From positions 1 through 32,151 of the forward strand of contig JAITHM010000014.1 in the NCBI GenBank assembly GCA_031279965.1: DNA of 32,151 nt, read 5' to 3'. This document shows positions 8,879-16,989 of this stretch, one piece after another. Positions within the stretch are counted from its first letter, which is position 1. Every line of letters starts with the position of its first letter. A program made the position numbers and the translations under genes. Origin of the DNA: Spirochaetaceae bacterium (GTDB lineage: Bacteria > Spirochaetota > Spirochaetia > Treponematales > Breznakiellaceae). A model generated the notes under the pieces. The model was not told the DNA's origin and searched no databases. It worked only from the letters and a program-made list of their open reading frames with translations.

Positions 8879-9418
8879 ATGGCTATCGTAGCAAAGAAAA
8901 TACAGGATGTAAAAACAGCATCGATTAACGAGCTTAAAGAGGCGTTCAATGGTGCAGAGGATTTTATTTTTACTGATTACCGGGGGCTTACCGTTGAGCA
9001 GATTACTGGATTGCGCAAAAACCTTCGGGCAAAGGCGGCATCATATAAAGTTGTAAAAAACAACTTTGCCCGCATTGCTTTTGAACAGCTTTCCCTGCCC
9101 GATGTGTCGGCGTATCTAACGGGACCTACGGCTATAGCACTTGTTACCCAGGACTCAAACGAAATCGCCAAAATATTGATTGACGCGGCGAAAGAGACGC
9201 CGGTGCTCAAAGTAAAAGGCGCTATCGTAAGCGGTTCAGTGTATAACGCTCAGCAGATCGAGGCGTTTTCAAAGCTTCCTGGCCGGCTGGAACTTATCTC
9301 TATGCTTATGTCGGTTATGCAGGGGCCCGCACGAAATCTTGCCGGCTGCCTGAACGATGTGCCCGCACGGCTTGTGCGTACGGTCAAGGCTATTGCTGAC
9401 AAAAAAGGCGCTGTGTAA
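8879..9418 (+). CDS. rplJ: 50S ribosomal protein L10
   Basis: Contains FIFTDYRGLTVEQITGLRKNLR, typical of L10. The RBS TAGGAGGAG sits 12 nt after the rplA stop. Confidence 0.95.
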   Translation: MAIVAKKIQDVKTASINELKEAFNGAEDFIFTDYRGLTVEQITGLRKNLRAKAASYKVVKNNFARIAFEQLSLPDVSAYLTGPTAIALVTQDSNEIAKILIDAAKETPVLKVKGAIVSGSVYNAQQIEAFSKLPGRLELISMLMSVMQGPARNLAGCLNDVPARLVRTVKAIADKKGAV

Positions 9419-9480
9419 AATGTGGAAACAATCCGTCAGGCTTCGTGCTGCTGTCCTGTCGGGTTTAGGGCGTATGCCCC

Positions 9481-9515
9481 GCGTATCCTTATGGATACGC
9501 ATATTTTAATTTTTT
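9481..9515 (+). terminator. Strong hairpin plus T-rich tail between rplJ and rplL (attenuator, processing or stabilising element)
   Basis: GCGTATCC-ttat-GGATACGC is a perfect 8-bp stem with a 4-nt loop (9481-9500). It is followed by ATATTTTAATTTTTT, immediately before the rplL RBS. Confidence 0.4.
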
Positions 9516-9527
9516 AAGGAGAATAAT

Positions 9528-9920
9528 ATGGCAGCAACAAAAGAAGAAATTCTGGAAGCGATTGCTTCAATGACTGTGCTTGAAGTTTCCGAGCTTGTCA
9601 AAATGATGGAAGAGAAGTTTGGCGTTTCGGCGGCAGCTCCGGTGGCCGTTGCGGCGGTGGCAGGCGCGGCTCCAGCGGCGGGTGCGGCGGCAGGCGGCGA
9701 AGAAAAGACTGAGTTCAACGTTATACTCAAAGCGTTTGACGAGTCGAAAAAGATTGCCGTTATCAAAGAAGTGCGGCAGGCAACGGGTCTTGGGCTTAAA
9801 GAGGCCAAGGATCTTGTTGAAGGCGCTCCCAAGCCCCTCAAAGAGAATGTGCCCAAGGAAGAAGCCGACAAGATCAAGAAAGCGGTGGAAGCCGCCGGTG
9901 GTACTGTCGAGGTTCAGTAA
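9528..9920 (+). CDS. rplL: 50S ribosomal protein L7/L12
   Basis: An Ala-rich hinge ([23 protein letters not shown]) is followed by the C-terminal domain [28 protein letters not shown]. Confidence 0.97.
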   Translation: MAATKEEILEAIASMTVLEVSELVKMMEEKFGVSAAAPVAVAAVAGAAPAAGAAAGGEEKTEFNVILKAFDESKKIAVIKEVRQATGLGLKEAKDLVEGAPKPLKENVPKEEADKIKKAVEAAGGTVEVQ

Positions 9921-9972
9921 ACTTTAAGGCAACGCTGATTAATTCATTCGCGGCAATCTTGCCTCGTCTTAC

Positions 9973-10000
9973 GGGGCTGTTGCTTTTCGGTAACAGCCCC
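9973..10000 (+). terminator. Possible terminator hairpin after rplL (no clear U-tract)
   Basis: GGGGCTGTT (9973-9981) pairs with AACAGCCCC (9992-10000) across a 10-nt loop, 53 nt after the rplL stop. No T-run follows. Confidence 0.3.
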
Positions 10001-10121
10001 ATTGCGGCGCTCTGCGTGATCAAAATAAATTCCAATTATCTCATGTCCACGGCGGATGGTTCACGCCGCCCTTCGCGTTCAAATTGTGAATCGCTAAGTA
10101 GGCTAAGTATGGGCAGTTACC

Positions 10122-10150
10122 TTGACAGGGTGCAGTAGCTGGGTTAAATT
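10122..10150 (+). promoter_or_regulatory. Candidate sigma70-type promoter for the phoH operon
   Basis: TTGACA (10122-10127), a 17-nt spacer, then TAAATT (10145-10150). The TTGACA coincides with the TTG used as the start by the ORF track, so the real phoH start is probably downstream. Confidence 0.45.
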
Positions 10151-10166
10151 TACGGTAGAGGTATTC

Positions 10167-11114
10167 TTGGACGACAGTGTAACTATTGTTTTAGAGACCC
10201 GCGACATTGTTTCCGGTGTATGCGGGGCAAATGACGGCAACTTAAAAGCCCTTTCGTTAAGTTTGGGCGGCAGGGTTGCCGTGAGAGGAAACGAAGTACG
10301 CGTTGAAGGGTTGGACAAAAATGGCGTGGAAAAATTTAAGACGGTGATGAATGACCTTATCACTGCCGTCCGTGAAGGTGAAAATCCCTCTCCTGAATAT
10401 GTACGCGCTCTTGCCGGCACGACTAATGAACAGGTGAATCCTCTTCGGTTCCGCGATGCACTTATCACAATTCCCCAAGGATTCGTAAAAATATTCCCTA
10501 AAAGCAGCAATCAAACTGAATATATCCGCGCTCTCCGCAGTCATGATATATGCTTTGCCGTGGGGCCTGCCGGTACAGGCAAGACTTTTTTGGCAATTGC
10601 CATTGCGCTGTCGCTGGTTCTTGCCAAAAAAATTCGTAAACTTGTACTGACGCGCCCTGTTGTCGAATCGGGCGAAAGTCTTGGTTATCTTCCTGGCGAC
10701 CTTGAACAAAAAATCAACCCCTATCTTCGTCCGCTCTACGACGCGATGGAAGCTCTTGTTCCGTATGAAGCAGTACGCCGGCTCGAAGATTCAAGAATGA
10801 TTGAAATTGCTCCACTTGCGTATATGCGCGGCCGTAGTTTTAACGATGCGTTTATTATTCTTGACGAAGCGCAAAACACCACAAAAGAACAAATGAAAAT
10901 GTTTTTAACGCGGTTAGGGCAGGGCGCGCGCGCGGTAATTACCGGTGATGTTACGCAGATTGATTTGCCCAAAAAAGTTGAATCGGGGCTTCTTAATGCT
11001 GTTTCAGTTCTCAAGGATGTCGAGGGAGTAAATATTTCGTATCTCCATACACAGGATGTGGTACGAAATACGCTTGTTAAGCGTATTATCGAAGCGTATG
11101 ACAGAAGTGGATAA
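10167..11114 (+). CDS. phoH: PhoH-like ATPase
   Basis: Walker A GPAGTGKTFLA is present, along with ILDEAQNTT and VITGDVTQIDLP. I prefer the in-frame TTG 10167, preceded by GAGG at 10158-10161. The ORF-track start at 10122 remains possible. Confidence 0.85.
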   Translation: MDDSVTIVLETRDIVSGVCGANDGNLKALSLSLGGRVAVRGNEVRVEGLDKNGVEKFKTVMNDLITAVREGENPSPEYVRALAGTTNEQVNPLRFRDALITIPQGFVKIFPKSSNQTEYIRALRSHDICFAVGPAGTGKTFLAIAIALSLVLAKKIRKLVLTRPVVESGESLGYLPGDLEQKINPYLRPLYDAMEALVPYEAVRRLEDSRMIEIAPLAYMRGRSFNDAFIILDEAQNTTKEQMKMFLTRLGQGARAVITGDVTQIDLPKKVESGLLNAVSVLKDVEGVNISYLHTQDVVRNTLVKRIIEAYDRSG

Positions 11115-11129
11115 CCCGGAGAAATTGTC

Positions 11130-12605
11130 ATGAAAAAAAAACATACTGCTGCAGACAGTGAGCAGCCATCATTTTTACGGCGCTGCATATTGCAGCGTGC
11201 TGAATTATTGCAAAACCCGCAAAAAGTTATAATAGGATTTTTTACATTCTTTGTTGTTGTAGTCCCGCAGGTAATATTGCAGCATGAATGGCCTTTTTCT
11301 GTCTTGCTTGGTATGATAATGCTCGACATCTTGTTCTTTTATCTTTTTTTCTTTTGTTTGTGCGGTCATCGCTCGACAGGAACAAAATTAGGTTTAAGCC
11401 AGTTTTATTTGGTATCGGCACTTACTGCAATTTATTTTCTTGCGGCAAATCTTATTGATAACAATGCGTTTTACCAGGGAATAATGCCTATTTCCATTGC
11501 ACTGCCAACGGCGCTTATCATACTATTGGTAACAATTATGGTAAATGTTCGTCATGCACGGACAATGGGGCTGCTCTTGCCGCTGGGAGCGTTTCTTAAC
11601 GGCAGTTTTGATTTTTATTCTTTTATATTTGCGCTGATGTCAGGTATTGCAGCCTCGTTTGTTCTGCGGGGAGCAAAGCGGCGCATAGATATGGTAAATG
11701 CGGGCTGCATACTCGCTTTGGTACATGTTGTTACGGTGCTGGCTTTGTTGCTTTTCCAGAATCTGCCTCTTGCTGTGTATCCTGCGATAGTAGGCTTTGC
11801 CGCGTTAAACGGCATTGCATCAGGGATGCTTGTACTTGGCATTACCCCAGTGCTTGAACAGCTTATGCGTACGGCAACGGCGTTTCGTCTTATCGAGCTT
11901 CTTGATTTGGGAGCTCCGCTTATGCGGCTTCTTGCATCGAAAACCCCGGGCACTTACAGCCATTCGCTGGTTGTCGCCAATCTTGCCGAAGCCGCCTGTC
12001 AGGAAATTGGCGCACACTCATTATTAGGCCGTGTCGGCGCATACTATCATGATATTGGCAAGATTGATCAGCCGGATTACTTTGTCGAAAACCAGCGCGC
12101 CGGAAATAAACATGATGATATTAACCCCCGGCTTTCTGCGACGGTTATTCGCAGTCATGTTAAAGTTGGCATAGAAAAAGGTCGTGCGGCGGGACTTCCC
12201 AACGAAGTTATTGATATTATAGCAAGCCATCATGGTAATAGCCTTATTGCCTATTTCTATAACGAAGCGCTTAAAAAAGAAGAGAATGTCGATATGGAAG
12301 ATTTTTGCTATCCAGGACATCCGCCGCAGACAAAAGAAGCGGCCGTGGTGATGCTTGCTGATGTTACCGAAGCGGCCGTGCGAACGCTTGACAAACCGGG
12401 TTCAAGCCGCCTTGAAAAATTCATTAATGAGCTTATTACAAAAAAAGTTGACTCCGCACAGCTTTCTGAATCTGAACTTACCTTTCGTGAACTGGAAACG
12501 ATTAAAAAAGTTTTTGTTCGTGTGCTGGCAGGCTATTATCATACACGTATTGAATATCCCAACCAGCCTAAAGAGTCAAAAGAACCGGCGAAGGATGATG
12601 CCTGA
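11130..12605 (+). CDS. Membrane HD/HDIG phosphohydrolase (7TM-HD, PgpH-like family)
   Basis: About 7 hydrophobic helices are followed by an HD domain (HSLVVANLAEAA..., GAYYHDIGKI, ASHHG). It occupies the conserved position between phoH and ybeY. Confidence 0.85.
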   Translation: MKKKHTAADSEQPSFLRRCILQRAELLQNPQKVIIGFFTFFVVVVPQVILQHEWPFSVLLGMIMLDILFFYLFFFCLCGHRSTGTKLGLSQFYLVSALTAIYFLAANLIDNNAFYQGIMPISIALPTALIILLVTIMVNVRHARTMGLLLPLGAFLNGSFDFYSFIFALMSGIAASFVLRGAKRRIDMVNAGCILALVHVVTVLALLLFQNLPLAVYPAIVGFAALNGIASGMLVLGITPVLEQLMRTATAFRLIELLDLGAPLMRLLASKTPGTYSHSLVVANLAEAACQEIGAHSLLGRVGAYYHDIGKIDQPDYFVENQRAGNKHDDINPRLSATVIRSHVKVGIEKGRAAGLPNEVIDIIASHHGNSLIAYFYNEALKKEENVDMEDFCYPGHPPQTKEAAVVMLADVTEAAVRTLDKPGSSRLEKFINELITKKVDSAQLSESELTFRELETIKKVFVRVLAGYYHTRIEYPNQPKESKEPAKDDA

Positions 12606-13081
12606 TGAATAAGATTGACATATCCGCAGAAGAAGTTCCTTTGCCTGCCTGGACAGATGACGCGAAATCTTTTATCGAAAAAACGTTACAACTGCTTAAT
12701 CACAATAATTGGGATCTCTCTGTGCTCTTTTGCAGCAATTCGTTCATACAGGTGCTTAACGCACGCTATCGTGGATTTGATATGCCAACAGACGTTCTTT
12801 CGTTTAGTTTGGGTGAGTGGAACTGTTCCGAAAATGAAAAGCGTTTTCTTGCAGGTGATATTGTTATTTCGCTTCAAACACTTGCCGAAAATGCCCGTGA
12901 ATTTAATGTAGGTGAAGACGAAGAACTGCGGCGGCTTTTAGTGCATGGCATTCTTCATCTTGATGGACGTGTTCATGATGTACATGAACTTAACGAGGCC
13001 GCACTTCAAAATGAACCCATGCTTGTACTTCAAGAATCAATACTCGTGCAATTAAAAAATGAAAGGATACTATGCCCATAA
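12605..13081 (+). CDS. ybeY: rRNA maturation endoribonuclease YbeY
   Basis: Contains the metal-binding motif LLVHGILHLDG and TDVLSF. The length is 158 aa. The start overlaps the upstream stop (TGATG). Confidence 0.9.
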   Translation: MNKIDISAEEVPLPAWTDDAKSFIEKTLQLLNHNNWDLSVLFCSNSFIQVLNARYRGFDMPTDVLSFSLGEWNCSENEKRFLAGDIVISLQTLAENAREFNVGEDEELRRLLVHGILHLDGRVHDVHELNEAALQNEPMLVLQESILVQLKNERILCP

Positions 13082-13102
13082 TGGGCGCATAAGGATGGTA
13101 GT

Positions 13103-13891
13103 ATGGTGTTTGAAATAATAAAAAACATATTTAAAGGAAAAGAATCTGCGCTTGCAGGATATGATACGCTTGAATCAGACCAACAGGAAATGATACGCGG
13201 CGTTGTTGAATTTGGCGAGACAACCGTAAAAGAAATTATGGTGCCCCGCATTGATGCTGAATTTATTCAGCTTGATACTCCCCGGGATGAAATGCTGAAA
13301 GTTGTTGCCGAAAGCGAACATTCACGATTCCCTGTTTATAAAGAAACAATTGATAATATTATCGGTGTTGTCTATATCAAGGATATATTAAAAAAACTTA
13401 TACGCAATGAAGATTTCAAACTTGAAGACATTATTCATAAAGCATTTTTTGTACCTGAATCAAAACATATTGATGATCTTCTGCATGAATTTCAGGGGAG
13501 ACATGTTCACCTTGCTATTGTTGTAGATGAATACGGCGGTGTATCAGGCATTGTCTCATTGGAAGATATTATCGAAGAAATTATTGGCGATATTCAAGAT
13601 GAATTTGACAATGAAAAAGAAGCAATAGTTAAATTAACTGATGATTCATGGATTTGTGATGCACGGCTTAATCTAAGCGACCTTACTGAAAAGCTTGGTG
13701 TTGAACTTCCTCAGGATGACTTTGATACGTTGGGCGGATTTGTCTTTAATCTTTTGGGGCATATCCCTGTTAAGTATGAAAAAGTGTGTTATAATGATCT
13801 TGATTTTATTGTGCAGGAAATCGAAGGGCGTAAAATACTTTCAGTTAAGATTCTGCTTAATCGTAAGGATGCGGATGTTGTCATGTCTTGA
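13103..13891 (+). CDS. CorC/TlyC-family protein (CBS pair plus CorC_HlyC transporter-associated domain)
   Basis: VKEIMVPRIDAEF and HLAIVVDEYGGVSGIVSLEDIIEEIIGDIQDEFD are present, followed by the C-terminal CorC_HlyC-like segment. There is no DUF21 membrane domain. Confidence 0.85.
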   Translation: MVFEIIKNIFKGKESALAGYDTLESDQQEMIRGVVEFGETTVKEIMVPRIDAEFIQLDTPRDEMLKVVAESEHSRFPVYKETIDNIIGVVYIKDILKKLIRNEDFKLEDIIHKAFFVPESKHIDDLLHEFQGRHVHLAIVVDEYGGVSGIVSLEDIIEEIIGDIQDEFDNEKEAIVKLTDDSWICDARLNLSDLTEKLGVELPQDDFDTLGGFVFNLLGHIPVKYEKVCYNDLDFIVQEIEGRKILSVKILLNRKDADVVMS

Positions 13892-13953
13892 CACTTTTAG
13901 CGAACCAGAGTAGGCTATGGGATATGAGAAATAGAGGAAGGAGGTGATGGTAC

Positions 13954-14157
13954 GTGGCGCATATAAATGTTGACGAAAGTGAGCCTTTAGAAAAAGCTAT
14001 CAAACGTTTTAAGCGTATGGTAGAAAAAGAAGGCATTATTCGTGAGTATAAAAAACGCGAGTATTACGAAAAACCTTCAACAGTATTAAACCGTAAAAAT
14101 AAAGCGCTTCGCCGCAAGCTGCTTAAAAAAACACGACGCGGCAGATCAGAGTATTAA
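13954..14157 (+). CDS. rpsU: 30S ribosomal protein S21
   Basis: [31 protein letters not shown] is the canonical S21 sequence. The GTG start is preceded by GGAAGGAGG. Confidence 0.9.
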   Translation: MAHINVDESEPLEKAIKRFKRMVEKEGIIREYKKREYYEKPSTVLNRKNKALRRKLLKKTRRGRSEY

Positions 14158-14177
14158 AAAATGACGGGTACAAGAAC

Positions 14178-15368
14178 ATGAGCATGAACGAGACCCCTGC
14201 GTCAGAGCGTGTTCATATTGGTTTTTTTGGCAGACGAAATGCGGGAAAATCAAGCCTTGTAAATGCCGTTACCGGGCAAGATCTTGTTATTGTTTCGGAA
14301 ATAAAAGGCACAACGACTGATCCTGTGCAAAAGGCAATGGAGCTTTTGCCGCTTGGCCCTGTGGTGGTTATTGATACGCCCGGTATTGATGACGAGGGAG
14401 TTCTGGGCGGACTGCGGGTTCGCAAGGCCCGCCAGACGCTCAATAAAGTTGATATCGCTGTGCTCGTTATTGACGCACTGGAAGGCAAAAAGCCTGTTGA
14501 CGATGAACTTATCAGTCTTTTTTCCGAAAAAAATGTGCCCTATATTGTTGTCTGGAACAAGTGCGACCTTCTTTCAGATGGCCGGCCGCGGCTGGAAACA
14601 GAGCACGAAATTGCCGTAAGCGCCCAGTATAAAACAAATATTGGCGCGCTCAAAGAAAAAATCGCGCACTCTGTCCGGCCTGGCGAGCTTACAGGGCGCA
14701 TTGTTGGAGACTTGCTTGCACCCGGCGATACGGTCGTGCTTGTTGTGCCTATTGATAAGGCCGCGCCTAAAGGCAGGCTGATTCTGCCCCAACAGCAAAC
14801 GATACGCGATATACTTGAGGCAGACGCTGCCGCACTTGTGGTAAAAGAGCATGAATTGCGCAATGTGCTTGCAAATCTTGTCCGGCCGCCGCGCATGGTT
14901 ATTACCGACAGCCAGGTTTTTGCGAAAGTTTCTGCTGATACACCGCCTGATATTCCTCTTACATCATTTTCAATTCTTTTTGCCCGCTATAAAGGTTTTC
15001 TTGTACAGGCCGTGAATGGGGTGCGAGCGCTTGACAGTCTTGAAGACGGCGATACGGTACTGGTATGCGAAGGCTGCACACATCACCGCCAGTGTGACGA
15101 TATTGGCACGGTCAAACTTCCCCGCTGGATACGCGCTTATACCGGACGGCGCATTGAGTTTGCTTTTACTTCCGGGGGCGAATTCCCGGAAGACCTTAGC
15201 CCTTACCGGATGGTAATCCACTGCGGCGCATGCATGATAGGCTGCCGCGAGATAAACTGGCGGCAGCGGCATGCAGCACAGCAGCAAATTCCGTTTACCA
15301 ACTATGGTATTACCATTGCTCATTTACAAGGGATACTTGAACGGGCTACCGCGCTGTTTCCCTTGTAA
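14178..15368 (+). CDS. hydF: [FeFe]-hydrogenase H-cluster maturation GTPase HydF
   Basis: GTPase motifs are G1 GRRNAGKSS, G3 DTPG and G4 NKCD. The C-terminal cluster-binding signature is C-x-H (GCTHH), about 45 residues, then HCxxC (IHCGAC). Confidence 0.8.
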   Translation: MSMNETPASERVHIGFFGRRNAGKSSLVNAVTGQDLVIVSEIKGTTTDPVQKAMELLPLGPVVVIDTPGIDDEGVLGGLRVRKARQTLNKVDIAVLVIDALEGKKPVDDELISLFSEKNVPYIVVWNKCDLLSDGRPRLETEHEIAVSAQYKTNIGALKEKIAHSVRPGELTGRIVGDLLAPGDTVVLVVPIDKAAPKGRLILPQQQTIRDILEADAAALVVKEHELRNVLANLVRPPRMVITDSQVFAKVSADTPPDIPLTSFSILFARYKGFLVQAVNGVRALDSLEDGDTVLVCEGCTHHRQCDDIGTVKLPRWIRAYTGRRIEFAFTSGGEFPEDLSPYRMVIHCGACMIGCREINWRQRHAAQQQIPFTNYGITIAHLQGILERATALFPL

Positions 15369-15372
15369 AAAT

Positions 15373-16845
15373 TTACTGTTTTAAATCTTCCAGCGCGGCT
15401 TCTTCTTGAGCTTTTTTAAGCTGTTCTTTTTCCTGCTCAGACGGTGGAAATATGATGTTCAGTACAATCGAGAATACACAAACAGTAACGGTCGTATCCC
15501 TAAAAAGAAACTGAACTGCCGAAGGAAGATAGTTTACCAGCGTCTTATTTTCGCCAATTGCATAGGCAACTCCAAAGGTAATTGCCAAAATAAGGATGTT
15601 CCGGTCAGAAAAGCCCGCTTTGGCAATAAGTTTCATGCCATTGAGCATGATCATGGCAAATACCGTAACGACAGCGCCGCCCAGCACACTTTGGGGCATT
15701 ACGGCGAAAATCGCGCCAATTTTTGGTGAAAGTCCGGCGAGTACAAGAATCATAGCTCCGGTAAAAATGCAGAATTTATTAACGACTTTGGTCATTGCTA
15801 CGATACCGGCATTTTGGCCAAATGCGGTGTTCGGCAGACAGTTGAAGATGCCGGCAAACATTGAACCTGCCGCATCGGCCATGACGGCACCGGACATTTC
15901 CTTGCTTTTCGCCTCGCGGTCAAACGCCGCTATCGTAATACCATTAATATTCCCCATGGTCTCAAGGCCTGATACCACATACAGCGCGGCGATGCTCAGT
16001 ATCGCGTCAAGCCGAAATTCAGGTTTGATAAAAAAGGGAATGGGCACTGAAACAATGCTTGCCTTACCGACCTCTTCAAAATTAACCTGCCCCAGAAAAA
16101 TCGCAAGTATATAGCCAAAGACTATGCCGATAAGTATTGCTGAAATCTTCAGCATACCCCGGGCAAGACGCTGTAAAACAAGGATTGTGATAAACACCGC
16201 CGTTCCAATAAGCAGGTTCTGCCACGATGCGTATTTTGCCGCCATCGCAGCGACAGCCGCCGGCACATCTGCTCCCTGTGCAGTCAAAGCGGCCATAGTT
16301 CGCGCTGCACCCTCTGCGGCAGCTCCGCCGGCAAAATACTGGACGCCAACAGGCAAAAGATGCAGCCCTATTGTCATTAGTACTGCGCCAATTACCAGCG
16401 GCGGGAAAAATTTCTTCAACGGTTTGATAAAAAAGCCCATAAAGATTTCAACAATGCCGCCGGCAATTACCGATCCCAGCACAACACCCAAACCGAATTG
16501 CGCTCCGAGCGTCGTCATTGTGGGGACGAATGCAAACGAGGTGCCCATTACGATGGGCAGTCCGGCGCCAATTTGATAGCGCCCTAATTTAAGCGGGAAA
16601 AGCTGAATCAGCGTCGTAATTCCCGAAGCGAACATACAACACTGAATCATCAGTGTTCGTTGTTCTGGAGTCGCAATCGGCGCACCGGTAACAGAGCTTA
16701 CCACATTGGTCAATACGACTACCGGTGCAAGATTACCGATAAACATTGAAAGTACATGCTGCAAGCCGAGCGGAATAGCAACGGAAAGCGGCGGTCTTCC
16801 ATCCAGTTGAAAGACAAGGTCATTGTCTTTTGATTTCTTATTCAT
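15373..16845 (-). CDS. NCS2-family nucleobase (xanthine/uracil-type) permease
   Basis: Polytopic membrane protein with NCS2-like segments (GLQHVLSMF, FAFV, TAFGQNAGIVAMTKV). I prefer the start MNKKSK at 16845, preceded by AAGGGGG. The ORF track extends to 16884. Confidence 0.85.
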   Translation of the reverse strand: MNKKSKDNDLVFQLDGRPPLSVAIPLGLQHVLSMFIGNLAPVVVLTNVVSSVTGAPIATPEQRTLMIQCCMFASGITTLIQLFPLKLGRYQIGAGLPIVMGTSFAFVPTMTTLGAQFGLGVVLGSVIAGGIVEIFMGFFIKPLKKFFPPLVIGAVLMTIGLHLLPVGVQYFAGGAAAEGAARTMAALTAQGADVPAAVAAMAAKYASWQNLLIGTAVFITILVLQRLARGMLKISAILIGIVFGYILAIFLGQVNFEEVGKASIVSVPIPFFIKPEFRLDAILSIAALYVVSGLETMGNINGITIAAFDREAKSKEMSGAVMADAAGSMFAGIFNCLPNTAFGQNAGIVAMTKVVNKFCIFTGAMILVLAGLSPKIGAIFAVMPQSVLGGAVVTVFAMIMLNGMKLIAKAGFSDRNILILAITFGVAYAIGENKTLVNYLPSAVQFLFRDTTVTVCVFSIVLNIIFPPSEQEKEQLKKAQEEAALEDLKQ

Positions 16846-16989
16846 AAATAAAGCCCCCTTGGCAATACTTCTATTATTACGCAAACTTCCACCAGTTGTC
16901 CACTGCCACAGCGTTCATAACATCCAATTTAACGAAGCATGCCCAAAAACGAAATAGAAAAAAAACATCAACTTGCTTATAATTAAAAG

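Noticed and set aside
9929-9940. The 12-nt string GGCAACGCTGAT, shared between the rplL downstream spacer and 18768-18779 upstream of prfB
   Set aside because: A single 12-mer match within 32 kb on two strands is within chance expectation, and there is no flanking similarity.
16846-16989. Purine riboswitch in the leader of the NCS2 nucleobase permease (minus strand)
   Set aside because: I read the reverse complement of the 144-nt leader. The conserved purine-riboswitch core elements are absent, namely the UAUAAU junction, the UUUCUACC segment and the CCGUAAAUG-type loop pairing. Only a generic AT-rich divergent promoter region is visible.
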